Under the pieces are notes generated by a model. It saw only the letters and a list, made by a program, of their open reading frames with translations. It was not told the origin of the DNA and did not search any database. Made by a program: the position numbers and the translations under genes. DNA of 64,000 nt from Protoeuglena noctilucae (lineage: Eukaryota), in the NCBI GenBank assembly GCA_958009085.1, contig OY253669.1, positions 1,674,001-1,738,000 of the forward strand, written 5' to 3'. Shown here piece after piece: positions 38,337 through 50,400 of the stretch (positions are counted from its first letter, which is position 1; each line of letters opens with the position of its first letter).

Positions 38337-40899
38337 GCGCGCTGCCTTTGGCTGTCGACACTAGGCACCTTGAACCACCGGCAGTGGCACTGCCCTAGGG
38401 TCTAGTGGACATCTAGCGCCAGGAACAGACCGCTACGTCAGGTGTCATGCAAGTGCTATGGTGGCTCCGGTGCCATGCTCTCTCGTCTGCTGGCTGTGCG
38501 TCAGGCAGCCAGCCTCCTGCCGCCGGCCAGGGCGTTGATCTGCCCAACGTTGCCCCGGCCCCCCAGCGCCTGCGGACAAACAGGGAGCCAGGCTCAGATG
38601 CGCAAGGCGCGCCATGAAGGGGCTGTCGGCGGCACGCTCGCGAGCCCCAGTCGCCTGATTGATGAGGTTGTTCCCGGACGCCCCGCCAGCGAGCGCGTTG
38701 ATCTGGCCGACCGCCCCGGAACCGGCCCCATTGTTGCCCACGGCCTGGGAGCCACGGCGTTGGAGATGGCGGGTCAGGTCACGGCGCCGCGGTGCCAGGA
38801 AGCCGAGCAGCCCTGCGCATGGCTCAGGGCGCACAGCAGCAGGCGGGCGGGCACTGGAGAGGGTGCCGAGTCGCTGCGACCGCACCTGGTTGATGAGGTT
38901 GTTGCCGCCGCCGGTGCCCGTGCCCGTCTTCTTGGGGTCGGTGCTGCCGGAGCCGCCACCCTGCTGTGCGTTGGTCTGGGCAACGGGTGCGCCGCTCGAC
39001 CCGCCAGAGCCGCTCCCGGAGCCGCTGCCCGACCCCACTCCCGCGCCGCGCACGACCTGCATTACGTGAGCGCGGTGCTGGCTGTCTTGTGACCCTGGCC
39101 CAGACGCCCGCGCGGTTGTCTGTGCCGGCACCCACACACGACGCGCTGGCTCAGCGTGGCACCTGGTTGATGAGGTTGTTGCCACCAGCCCCAGCGCCCG
39201 TCTTCTTGGGGTCGGTGGTGCCGGTCCCGCCACCCGCCAGCGCGTTGATCTGCCCCACGGCTCCCAGCCCAAACCCATTGCCCACGGCCTGCGAAACGAA
39301 GCTCTGGATCCCGCCTTCAGCATGCATGCCATGCACGGGGTCAGACAGGGGCAACTCCGTGGTCTCCACTGTGTGAAGCCACGGCACTCGCCCGCCTCGA
39401 CCCATGACATGGCATGCTGGCCGCGGTCGCATGTTGCTGCTGGGGGCGGCGACGCTGGCTCAGCGCGGCACCTGGTTGATGAGGTTGTTGCCACCAGCCC
39501 CGGCGCCCGTCTTCTTGGGGTCGGTGGTGCCGTTCCCGCCCGCCAGCGCGTTGATCTGCCCGATGGGTGCGCCGAACAGGCCGCCCACGACCTGCACCGC
39601 ACGAACGGCCAGCGGGGCCTCATGCAGCATGCGATGCCGCTGCCGGCGCCAGAGCTCATGCGCCGAGAGCAGCCTCGACGTACCTGGTTGATGAGGTTGT
39701 TGCCACCAGCACCATTTGGTGCCGGGGCCGGGGGCACCTTCGGAGTCGGAGAGCTCTTGGGCGTGGGCGAGCTCTTGGGCGTGGGCGAGCTCTTGGGCGT
39801 GGGCGAGCTCTTGGGCGTGGGCGAGCTCTTGGGCGTGGGACCCTGCGCCAGCCGCCGGCTCCTCACGGCCTGCGAGGGGCACGTTACATCACATCCCTGA
39901 GGATCCAGGCTCCCGGAGAGTAAGGGATGGTTGCTCCCGCAGTCGAGGTGTACAGCCCTGGGGGCTTTGTGCATCAGCCATGCATGGAAAGGTCGCAGGC
40001 ACAGCGCCGGGCCCCAGCAGCACCGGCATGCACGGTGCATCCCGCCGCAGCTGCTCCGCGTCACCTGCTCCCCGAGGTCGACCTCAATGTCCGGGAAGGC
40101 ACCGGAGACCGCCGATAGCTGCCGAGGCTGCAGGGCCTGCGGGGCATGACCACGGAAACTCGGGGTATGGATCCAGGCCAGGATGCGAGGCCAGCGGCTC
40201 ACCGCAGCTCCCTAGCCCGCTTGAAGTGTGCGTGGAGGGTGCCGGGCCTCGGCATGGGCATCGATGCACCGGCGGACCGCACAGAAGCCATACACTCACC
40301 TGATCATGCGGGAGGATGTTTGCTTGGGCTGCGGGCACGGGGGAGAGGGGAGGGCATGTCGATGGCAGAATGTGCTTTGCACACCTCGTGGAATGCGGGG
40401 CCGTGCTGGAGGACTCACCGGCCGCCCGCGATGCGCTGACCGCGAGCAGCAGCAGGGCTGCCACAGTGCAGATGGCCTTCTGCATGTCCGCGTCGCGACG
40501 TGGGATGCGGAGGGACCGTGTGTGCGGAAATGATGTCACCAGTGCACACTTAAGCTCATGGCAGCTATGACGTCACTGCACACGCAGCGGCAGCGCTGCC
40601 ATGTGGAGGTAGCATGGCGCAGCCAACCATGGCTCGCTGCAGCGACGGCAGGCCGCGCCGGGGCCGAGCTGCGGGTCAACGCATCGGGACGTTATCAAGA
40701 GGCGCGACGGGCACGGTGGCTCTCGCATGCCGGCGTGGGAGGAGTCGGACGAAGGTGCCGCTGGCGCCATCTCCCGGCAGTCTTCCGCGCCGCGCATGCG
40801 ACACAGAAACGGAGGTCGCCTTGGCGATCTGCTCGAGATGCTCAGTCGCTATGGTTGGCGGTGGCTCCGGGGGCCGCTTGGGCGGGCCGAGCCGTGCAC
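38337..40899. repeat. Left arm of a 2563-bp inverted duplication (partner 51862-54424)
   Basis: Reverse complement matches 51862-54424 (coordinate sum 92761); ORF translations are mirror images; about 3 mismatches seen. Confidence 0.95.
38501..40485 (-). CDS. Secreted QINALAG/NNLINQ-repeat protein, copy A (9 exons; inverted copy of C)
   Basis: Mirror of 52276-54260; signal peptide MQKAICTVAALLLLAVSASRAA. Confidence 0.8.
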
Positions 40900-41096
40900 T
40901 TGCTGGTCAGGTCGTGGCAGCAGGTCCAGCAGCAACGGGCCTTACGGGCGCAGTGATGGCATCACTGGTGGCTTAGCTATTATTAAGCCGTTAGGGCTGC
41001 GAGTACCGGGCTGAGCACCGCGCCTGCTCCATTGCCGGAGCCAGCGCTGCATTCAAACACTTCACTCGTCTGCGGCGCTGACAGCCATACAGAATC

Positions 41097-41884
41097 CTAT
41101 TCTCCCCGGACCGAATCGCGCCCCAGCGCCTCGTCAATCACGCGCTCCAGCGCGCCACACAAGGCATCAACGCGCTGGATGACGGCTCGCCTGGCTTCCC
41201 TGGCGCTGCCCTGCAGGCCCTCCATGGCATCCATCTCAAGAACCTTGCGCTCCAGCATCTCCCGGGCCTCACGCGCCCGCTGCAGGAAGGGCGGCCGGGG
41301 GCCGGGAGGCTCCGCCGCTATCGAGACAGGCTCCGGCCCCGGCGCCCTCGCCTCCTCGACCATCGCCTCGACCTCGCGCCCCCAGCGATCGACGGATGAC
41401 CGAATTTCTTCGATGCGCTCCTCGGCGTTCCTCGGCGCGGGCGCTGCGCCAGGGGTCGGGTCGGCGTCCGAAGGCCCCGCCAGGGCCAGCAGCTTCTGCC
41501 CGCTGCGAACCCCCGAGGTCGCCAGCGGAGCTTGAGGATCACGCACACGGCCCCGAAAGATGACCTGCACACGGTCCTGCGATGGTCCACGCGACCGAAA
41601 AGCTTGCAATGCGCCCAGCGGCCACGCTGCGCTCCCTGACGCCGCGCTGCGCCTCACGCTGGGCACGCCCGCTGCTTGGGAGAGCTTCTCCGTGACATCG
41701 CGAAAGGTCCCCTCGATTGGCAGCTGCGGCAGGGCACGAACCGAGGGTCGTGGACGTGGCGTGCGATCCCGCGACAATTGCGAGCGCCGCATGTCCAGGG
41801 AAGACCAGGCGCGCAATAGAAAGCCCTCACCTGAAGGTCATAGCTCTTTCCCTCGAAGGAGACCTTGAGCTCCATCGTCGCCAT
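41097..41884 (-). CDS. BAG-family co-chaperone (ubiquitin-like + BAG domain), 3 exons
   Basis: UBL MELKVSFEGKSYDLQ|LPIEGTFRDVTEKLSQAAGVPS|DRVQVIFRGR...GVRSGQKLLAL; BAG EMLERKVLEMDAMEG....REARRAVIQRVDAL. Confidence 0.85.
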
Positions 41885-42434
41885 CCCGCCCCCTGCAACA
41901 GAGTGAGACTGCTGGAGTGATCGCCGGCGCTGACAGGCTGTACGAAGCCTGGGATCCCACCTCCGAACTCTGTGACTCCATATGACACTGCAACGACCAT
42001 CCAGTGCGCCCCTCGCGGCGGCCCAATCACCACTCGCAGCCTGGCCCATCCCTTGGCGCCCGCTCGTCCCGCCGGCACGCCACCGGCCTGTCCTCGTAGC
42101 CGCTTTACAAAGTCAACCTCGCGGTGGGCCGAAACTCGCAGGGCCTCGGGGCCTCTCGGAACGGCAGCACTCCACGCACTTCACCTAGCACGATGCACAC
42201 GGAGGGAGACAGCGCAGCGGCTATCTGTGGCGGCAGGGCCACTTCTCAAACCCAACCACGACGGACTAGACTTTTCATGGTCCACGTTCTCACTCCCAGA
42301 TGTTTTTTTTTGCCAGATTCAAGCGCGTGCAGCCCGAGCTTCTCATGCATTCAAAGACAAGGATGCAATCCTACTTGCCGTCCTCGCCAGCAACAGCAGC
42401 GCTTTCCAGCTGCGGACAAGAAAGGTGACGACTT

Positions 42435-44221
42435 TCAGCTCGCCCTGCAGCCTGCACCAGTCAACCATGCCCTGTACGGTCTTTGCCCCACCTTGGACGC
42501 CAGCTCGTCCGCATCCTTCCCAGCCTCCTTCTCCGACTCAGCAGCACCGGCCTCGCCATCCGCGCCCGCGGCTCCGCCCCCCAACAGCTCCCCGTTGGCC
42601 TGTGTATGGGGCCAGCCAGCAGCCGCTCCTCGCCCATCCAGGCATGCCCAAACCCGACCGACCTGCAGTGACACGCGCTTCAGCATTCAACCCTCCAACC
42701 CCTCACCTCAGCCGCCTTCTCAAAGGCCGTCTTGAACTCAGCTGCCTTCTCCTCGCTCCCAAACCGCACGCAGAACATCTCCGGCTTGAGCTCCCCCTCC
42801 GCAAAGTCTGCAGAGAAAGCGACTTCCTCTCGCAAGCCGACAACACGGCCGCTCCAGCCACACAGAGCCACACGCGGCGCCCTCTCCTCCACGAACCAAT
42901 CACCACACCAGCCCCGCCCTTCTCACCCATCGTGCGGTAAACCCACGCCTTGCTTGACCCCGCGTGCTCCTGCAGCTCGGTTTTGGGCATCACGATGTGG
43001 TTGGCTCGGATCTTGAACGTCTGCGGTCGACGGGCGGGGTGCAGTCGCGTCGCACGTGTGTTCTGGGCACGGGCGCTTCCTCACTATTGCCGCCCCTGCC
43101 CACCATCCCCCCACCACCCCTCGCCTTCTCCTGCCGCATGAGCAGCCGCGTCTTGCCGGACTCCCGATGCCGCAGCAGCTTGACCGGCCCCACCCCACGC
43201 TCCTTCCACTCGTTGCTGTCCAGGTCAAAACGGTACAGCTTGCACTTCAGCTCTAGCATGAGCTCCTCGTCCTCCTCGCCCGTCTGCGACACGCGAACGG
43301 CCAGAACGCAGAGACATTGGACTTCCGCAACAGCACTCAGCTTCCCTCGCCGTCCCTGACCTCCCGACGGGCAGCGTCACCTTGGTCTCCACCTCCTGCA
43401 GCTGCACCACGGGCTTGAACTCCGCTTTGCACTCCTCCTCCGCATTCTCCTCGCCTTCGCCGTGGTCCTCCCCCTCGCCCGCGTCGTGCTCGGGCGCCTG
43501 CGGATGCGGCGCACACTACGTGGCGCGCACGGGCGCTTAGGGCGCGGCCCGCGTGGTCGCCGCAGAGATGCGCATTGGCTGCATGTTGAGATCGTTGTAA
43601 AGAGCACGGAGAGCGATCCGTGCGCGGCGAACGGGGCGTGTCGGCGGCGGAGGGCCCTGCGTCGCGACGATGGCGACCGGCTCACCTTGGGCGCCGCGCC
43701 GGCCGCGCCGCCCGATGCCGCGAACGCCGCAAAGCCCGACCCGGACCCCAGTGAGAATCCCTGCCCAAAAACGAAGGCGGGCGCCTGCGGAGGGAGGCGC
43801 CAGGGAGGCATCGGCGCCCCGCACTCGGCATCTCTGGGCGTTCGCGACCTGCCGGGGCCCGAGCCGGCCCGCAACGTGAGGCTTGGCGAGGACCTCCGCC
43901 ATCGTCCCGTCGCGACGCTCTGATTCAGGGGCACCTCAACGAGCGAGGCGCACGGGTCCGAGGGCGTGCGCGGGGATCTCGGGCACAGTGGCTGCATCGT
44001 CAGCATTCCACGCGCGTATCTTGCATCGAGACGCGAGGCCACGAGGCCGGAGATCCAAGGCGGGCGGGCGAAATTCTCCCCAGAGGCGCCCCCCGGTCCC
44101 CGGGACCGCCAGCGACAGCGCCGGGCCGTGCCGCGTCGTGCGCCAGTTCTTTCGACAAACAAGCGATCTGCTCGCGCCACGTCATCACCTTCTCAGCCGG
44201 CTTCTCCTCCCCGCCCGACAT
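42435..44221 (-). CDS. RANBP1: Ran-binding protein 1, spliced
   Basis: FKPVVQLQEVETK|TGEEDEE...KLYRFD...EWKERGVGPVKLL...RLLMRQEK|TFKIRANH...AWVY..|DFAEGELKPEMFCVRFGS. Confidence 0.95.
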
Positions 44222-44623
44222 GATGCTCCTGGAGGACAAGCAGCAGAGATTCCAAGCGGAAACGATGCTCCTTGCACTCAAGGCAGCGCAGAGTGACGCT
44301 GGGCGGTGGGCGCGCCGACAATCTGGCCACAAGGGGCTCTCTCGGTTCAAGTTGCGCTGGCACATGTGCGGCGTGTAAGACCGGGGGGAGCCGTCAGGCG
44401 ACTCCTGCGCGCCAACAGGACGGCAATCGCTCGGGCGAAAGGCGACGCGGTCCCCTCGACGGCGCCTCCGGGACTCCAGCGGCGCGGTGGCCACGCCGTG
44501 TCGTTAAGCTGCAACTCCGTCCCTCCCAGCCCGGCCGAACGACTCAAATCAGTCGCTGAGGTCCACTGCCGTGACGCGGCTGGGTACGGAGGCCTCGCGC
44601 CCCCGTGAGCGACCTGCATCGCA

Positions 44624-46932
44624 ATGTCGTACCGAGAGGTTCGAAGTGAGCGTGGCGAAGGGGCGACCGTGGACACCTTGACGTTCTGACGCAGCTTATC
44701 CGTCCTTTGCGAGACTGATGGGTTCGTGACTCGCGCCACGTGGGTGGGATGATCTTTGTCGGTTTTCGCTCCCTTCCTGCCGCTCCCGTGCCCCGTGCGG
44801 GTCTCCTCGGGCCGCATGCGCATGGCTACTCTTCTTCTAACACAAACCCATTTATCTCCGGGCCTGGGGGCGCTTGGCTGGCGCCCCTGTTGGAACGAGG
44901 AGCTTGTGCATGTGCGCAGGCTTCTGCGAGATCATGCGGACGCTGGGGTACCCGCGAATCATCTCTATGGAAAATTTCCGAGAGCCCAACTTCCCCTTGG
45001 TGGCCGATTGTCTCGAGTGGCTCGTTCGGAGGTACGACCAGGTAATTGCGGCGTCCCGGCACTTGCCGAGCGTTCACGCACTCGCTGAGCGATGGGAAGC
45101 CCATAACACGAGGCAGGCGCGTGCCGGCAGCTTCCATGGGCGCAGCGGACATCTCTCTTTCGCAGGGGGTAGTGATTGCCGCCGACATTGACACGGCGTC
45201 CGACCGCGTGCTTTTTCTCCAAACCATCGACCGGACCATGTTCGCCAAGGCCCGCATCAAGCTCAACCTGCGGAAACTTTACACGGGTGCGCAACTCGGC
45301 TCTGCGCGCCACCTCCCCGCGCCGCTGGCCCCCTGCCCAGCTGATGACGCATGCGTCGCCTGACCCCTGCAGCCGACGGCCACGCGGTGCGCGAGCTGCT
45401 CAAGGTCGCGAGACTCCTCTTCGACGCCAACCGCTCCGCGGACACTGCCGACCCGGCGGGAGACGTGGACGGGGGGGTGGTGTCCTCGGCCTTGCCGGCC
45501 GACGCTGCGCAAATGCGCACGGTGCGTGGGCGGGCGTCGGCGCGCGCGTAGTCGCACTTTGCGCCGCAAGCTGTGGCGCGGCACGCCCCTCGCGACGCCT
45601 GACGGCCCCCCGTCCGCCTGTGCCGCGCAGGTGCGGGAGCTGGCGGCCGAGGTACAGGCGGTGGGCAACCTGCTGCAGGAGGCCCTGCTCCGGGAGGGGG
45701 AGATGAGCCGCGCGCGGGCTCGCGCGTTTGCCACAGACACGCAGGTGGTGCAGGATCAGCTGCGCGAGGCGGTGCAGGGGGTGCGTGGGTCGGCGCACAA
45801 CATGGAGGCGCAGGCGGATCAGATGGACAAGGAGCGGAGGGCGTTGGAGGGCAAGATGCGCAAGCGCGCGGACGAACTGGAGCGACAGAGGCAGAGGTGA
45901 GACTCCTGTCCGAAACAGGCGGGTAGTGCGGCCGACGGGGGCGGTCTTGCGCCGGTGTCGCTGCGCGGCCGTGGCCTGGGGCAGCGCCGGAGGCCTCGCC
46001 GCATCGCGCCCTCTCCTCCTCTCCCCAGACTGGTGGCAGTGCAGGGCGTGCGCCCCGCCTACATGGCCGAGTACGAGCGCCTGATGGAGCAGCTGCAGGC
46101 GCTGTTTGCCGAGTATCTGGAGCGGCACCGCAACCTGGAGTATCTGCAGCGGCGGCTGGAGAGCCTGGAGGCCAAGGAGCAGCGGGAGGCGGAGGAGGAC
46201 GAGAGGAGGATGCGGAAGGCACAGGTGAGAGGAGGGATGCACAAGGCGGGATTGTTGTGGTGCCTTGTCGCATGGCAGTGTATGGGGGTGCAAGGGTGGG
46301 CCGGGCGGCACGGCGGTTGAGCGCCGGCGCAGTAGAAGGACGCGTTGCGGGTTGTCGGGCATTCCTGGCCACGCATCCTCGAAAGTCTCTCTCGCCCCCG
46401 TCGCAGGCCAAGATGCAGCGGGAGATGGAGGGCGTGCTTGGCGGCAACCATGAGGTGGACGACTCGGGGCTGGACTCCATGGAGTCAGGGGACATTGAGT
46501 TCAGCAACGACGGAGATTCGGACGGGCGAGGGGCGGGGAGGGACACGCTCAAGCGGCCCACGCAGCCGGACAGGCGAGGGACTGGGGCGTGGGGCTCAGT
46601 GTCCCAGCCACTGCTGCTGCTCGCGCTGCAGGTCCGCCGCTGCTCTGTCTCTTCTGATGCCAAGGCTGGGCCTGAGGCGCCGCGACGCCACCCCGGCCGC
46701 TCGCTGCAGGGGTGCGCGCCGGCAGGCGACGGGTGGTGCGCCCCCACCGGGTGCAGGCGGGGGGCGCCAGGTGGGCAACCTGTCCCCCGGAGCTGCGGCG
46801 GACGACGACGACTCGCTGTCGGGATCGGGGCTGTCCGACGACGACGGATCGGCCAGCGGCGGGGTGTCCTTCGGGAGCGAGGTGGAGGCAACAGGCATGG
46901 GCAAGGTGGGGCATGAGAGCTCGTGGGATTAA
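44624..46932 (+). CDS. CLUAP1: Clusterin-associated protein 1 / IFT38 (IFT-B), spliced
   Basis: [46 protein letters not shown]...[21 protein letters not shown]...[12 protein letters not shown]...[11 protein letters not shown]. Confidence 0.95.
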
Positions 46933-47364
46933 AATGCTTGTCGATGCCCGCGGCGAGCTTGCTGTTACGCCACCTCCGCCTCGCCGCCCCAGGACCGCCT
47001 CAGGGCCAATGCCGGGGGCCTGCTGGGCATGGATGAGGACGGGGACCTCCTTGGCGGAGACGGCGACGCGGGCATCTACGAGGATACCGAGTCCAGTGGG
47101 GACTTTTAGCCATCTTTGCGCACTGCTTGTAATTTCAGCTAGGAGCGCGGCGAGAGTTTTAAAATCTGGCATTGCCACTTGCTGTTTCACCTGGTGCGGC
47201 CTCCTCAGGCGCGGTCGCGGTGTCAGGCGATCGCATAGATTCCTCCGTGAGCTCGTCGGCGCCCCGCTGTGGCAGGCGCAAGCCGCAGCGGAGGCTGCAG
47301 TGGGACCCATGCCAGCCCACTGCACGCCGTGCCTGCGCTCCCATGCAAGCGACGTCACCGTGGG

Positions 47365-47392
47365 AGTGACGTCATGCGATTTTGGGGCTTAA
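47365..47392 (+). promoter_or_regulatory. AGTGACGTCAT-N11-GCTTAA motif upstream of copy B (also at 52184-52211, 54874-54901 and 40550-40577 on minus)
   Basis: Palindromic TGACGTCA (bZIP CRE/C-box type) 80-90 bp before the ATG of all four family members, with the same spacing to GCTTAA. Confidence 0.6.
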
Positions 47393-47464
47393 AAGCCAGG
47401 TGAGGGGCCTCTCCCAGGCAGAGTTCGGGCCGCCCCCGGCTTTGGAGGCCCTACCTGCCCGTGC

Positions 47465-50400
47465 ATGGGAGCTCGTCGCCGCGGCGTCGCTGCGGCGGCG
47501 TTGATTATCGCCGCGGGCCTCTTCTCGCAGACTCTGGCCTGGGCGCCGTCCTGCCTCGACCATGCGGCCGGCCACAAGTGCCTGTACCAGGTGCAGAGAG
47601 TGCATGCAGCTTGCTTTGTGGCAGATGGCTGCGCGCGCGCTCCGTAAGCCACGGCGAGATTCGGGTCCGCATCCCAACACTGATGCCAAAGTTGGCAACA
47701 TTGCCGCAAACCAAACAATAATTACAACAATAATTCCGCTTTGCAGGCCGGGGGCATCGTGACGGATGTCCATGCGCTGGCGGGATCGACCTTGACCAGC
47801 CAGGCCATCGTCGGCCGGCGGCTGGCAGATGACAGAACCCCCAGCCCGCCTCCGCCGAGCCCTCCGGGACCGCCGGGCCCCACCGGTCCCTCTGGTCCCC
47901 CCGGTCCGCCTGGTCCGCCTGGTCCGACGAGCCCCCCGGGTCCGCCAGGCCCCACTGGTCCCTCCGGTCCCCCCGGTCCGTCGGGTCCGCCGAGCCCCCC
48001 GGGTCCGCCGGGACCCAGCGGTCCTGAAGGGCCCCCTGGTCCGTCTGGTCCGCCGAGCCCCCCGGGTCCGCCGGGACCCAGCGGTCCTGAAGGGCCCCCT
48101 GGTCCGTCTGGTCCGCCGAGCCCCCCAGGTCCACCGGGCCCCAGCGGTCCTCCCGGCCCCAGCGGCCCCTCCGGTCCTGAAGGCCCCCCAGGTCCGTCGG
48201 GTCCGCCGAGCCCCCCGGGTCCGCCGGGACCCAGCGGTCCTGAAGGGCCCCCTGGTCCGTCTGGTCCGCCGAGCCCCCCAGGTCCGCCGGGCCCCAGCGG
48301 TCCTCCTGGCCCCAGCGGGCCCTCCGGTCCCGAGGGCCCCCCTGGTCCGTCGGGTCCGCCGAGCCCCCCGGGTCCGCCGGGACCCAGCGGTCCTGAAGGG
48401 CCCCCTGGTCCGTCTGGTCCGCCGAGCCCCCCAGGTCCGCCGGGCCCCAGCGGTCCTGAAGGGCCCCCTGGTCCGTCTGGTCCGCCGAGCCCCCCAGGTC
48501 CGCCGGGCCCCAGCGGTCCTCCTGGCCCCAGCGGCCCCTCCGGTCCCGAGGGCCCCCCTGGTCCATCTGGTCCGCCGAGCCCCCCGGGTCCGCCGGGCCC
48601 CAGCGGTCCTCCCGGCCCCAGTGGGCCCTCCGGTCCCGAGGGCCCCCCTGGTCCATCGGGTCCGCCGAGCCCCCCGGGTCCTCCAGGCCCCAGCGGCCCG
48701 TCCGGTCCCCCTGGCCCCTCTGGTCCCTCCGGTCCCGAGGGCCCCCCTGGTCCATCTGGTCCGCCGAGCCCCCCGGGTCCTCCTGGCCCCAGCGGCCCGT
48801 CCGGTCCCCCTGGCCCCAGCGGTCCCTCTGGTCCTCCGGGCCCCAGCGGCCCGTCTGGCCCCGAGGGCCCCCCTGGTCCGTCGGGTCCGCCAAGCCCCCC
48901 AGGTCCGCCGGGCCCCAGTGGCCCTTCTGGCCCCCCGGGCCCTACTGGCCCTTCTGGTCCTCCAGGCCCTGGTGGCCCCTCCGGTCCCGGAGGGCCCCCT
49001 GGTCCGTCTGGTCCGCCGAGCCCCCCTGGCCCGTCGGGTCCCTCCGGCCCACCGAGCCCGCCGGGTCCGCCTGGTCCGTCGGGTCCTTCCGGGCCCCCTG
49101 GTCCGCCTGGTTCCCCGAGCCCCCCAGGTCCCCCGGGTCCACCTGGCCCGGCCGGTCCCCCGAGCCCTCCGGGTCCGCCGGGTCCTGGCGGCCCCTCCGG
49201 TCCCCCGGGCCCCAGTGGTCCCTCCGGTCCCCCGGGTCCCAGCGGCCCCTCCGGTCCTCCCGGCCCCGGCGGCCCCACGGGCCCGTCGGGTCCGCCGAGC
49301 CCCCCGGGTCCCCCGGGCCCTCCTGGTCCGTCTGGTCCGCCTAGCCCCCCGGGCCCTCCCGGCCCCCCTGGCCCGTCGGGTCCTTCTGGTCCCCCGAGCC
49401 CGCCGGGTCCCCCGGGCCCCTCCGGTCCCGAAGGGCCCCCTGGTCCGTCGGGTCCTCCGAGCCCCCCAGGTCCCCCGGGTCCACCTGGCCCGGCCGGCCC
49501 CCCGAGCCCCCCGGGTCCGCCGGGTCCTGGCGGCCCCTCCGGTCCCCCGGGCCCCAGTGGTCCCTCCGGTTCCCCGGGTCCCAGCGGTCCCTCCGGTCCT
49601 CCTGGCCCTGGCGGCCCCACGGGCCCGTCGGGTCCGCCGAGCCCCCCCGGCCCTCCAGGCCCCACGGGCCCCACGGGCCCTACCGGTCCTCCGGGCCCCA
49701 CTGGTCCGTCGAGCCCTCCGGGTCCTCCGGGCCCCACGGGTCCGACGGGCCCCACAGGTCCCTCCGGCCCACCGAGTCCCCCCGGCCCCTCCGGTCCCCC
49801 GGGTCCCAACGGTCCTCCGGGCCCGTCCGGTCCCAACGGCCCGCCCGGTCCGTCGGGCCCGACTGGCCCCAACGGTCCCCCTGGCCCCACGGGCCCCACG
49901 GGCCCGACGAGTCCCCCGGGTCCCACGGGCCCCCCCGGCCCCACTGGTCCGTCTGGTCCGACCGGGCCCTCTGGGCCTAACGGTCCCCCGGGTCCCTCTG
50001 GTCCCAACGGCCCCCCAGGTCCCAACGGGCCCTCGGGTCCCTCGGGCCCACCCGGCCCCAACGGTCCCAACGGTCCCAACGGTCCCCCCGGCCCCACGGG
50101 CCCCTCGGGTCCTACGGGCCCCAGCGGTCCGTCGGGTCCCTCGGGTCCCAACGGCCCTCCGGGTCCCTCGGGTCCCAACGGCCCCGCCGGCCCCCCCGGC
50201 CCCACGGGTCCGACGGGCCCCGCGAGCCCCCCTGGTCCTCCGGGTCCCCCGGGTCCCCCTGGCCCTCCCGGTCCGACCCCTCCGCCCCCTCCGCCGACCC
50301 CGACTCCCAAGACCCCCCCGGGCCCCAAGAGCCCCCCCAAGAACCCGCCCGCCCCTGCCCCTGGCGGCAACAACCTCATCAACCAGGTACGGATGCGGAG

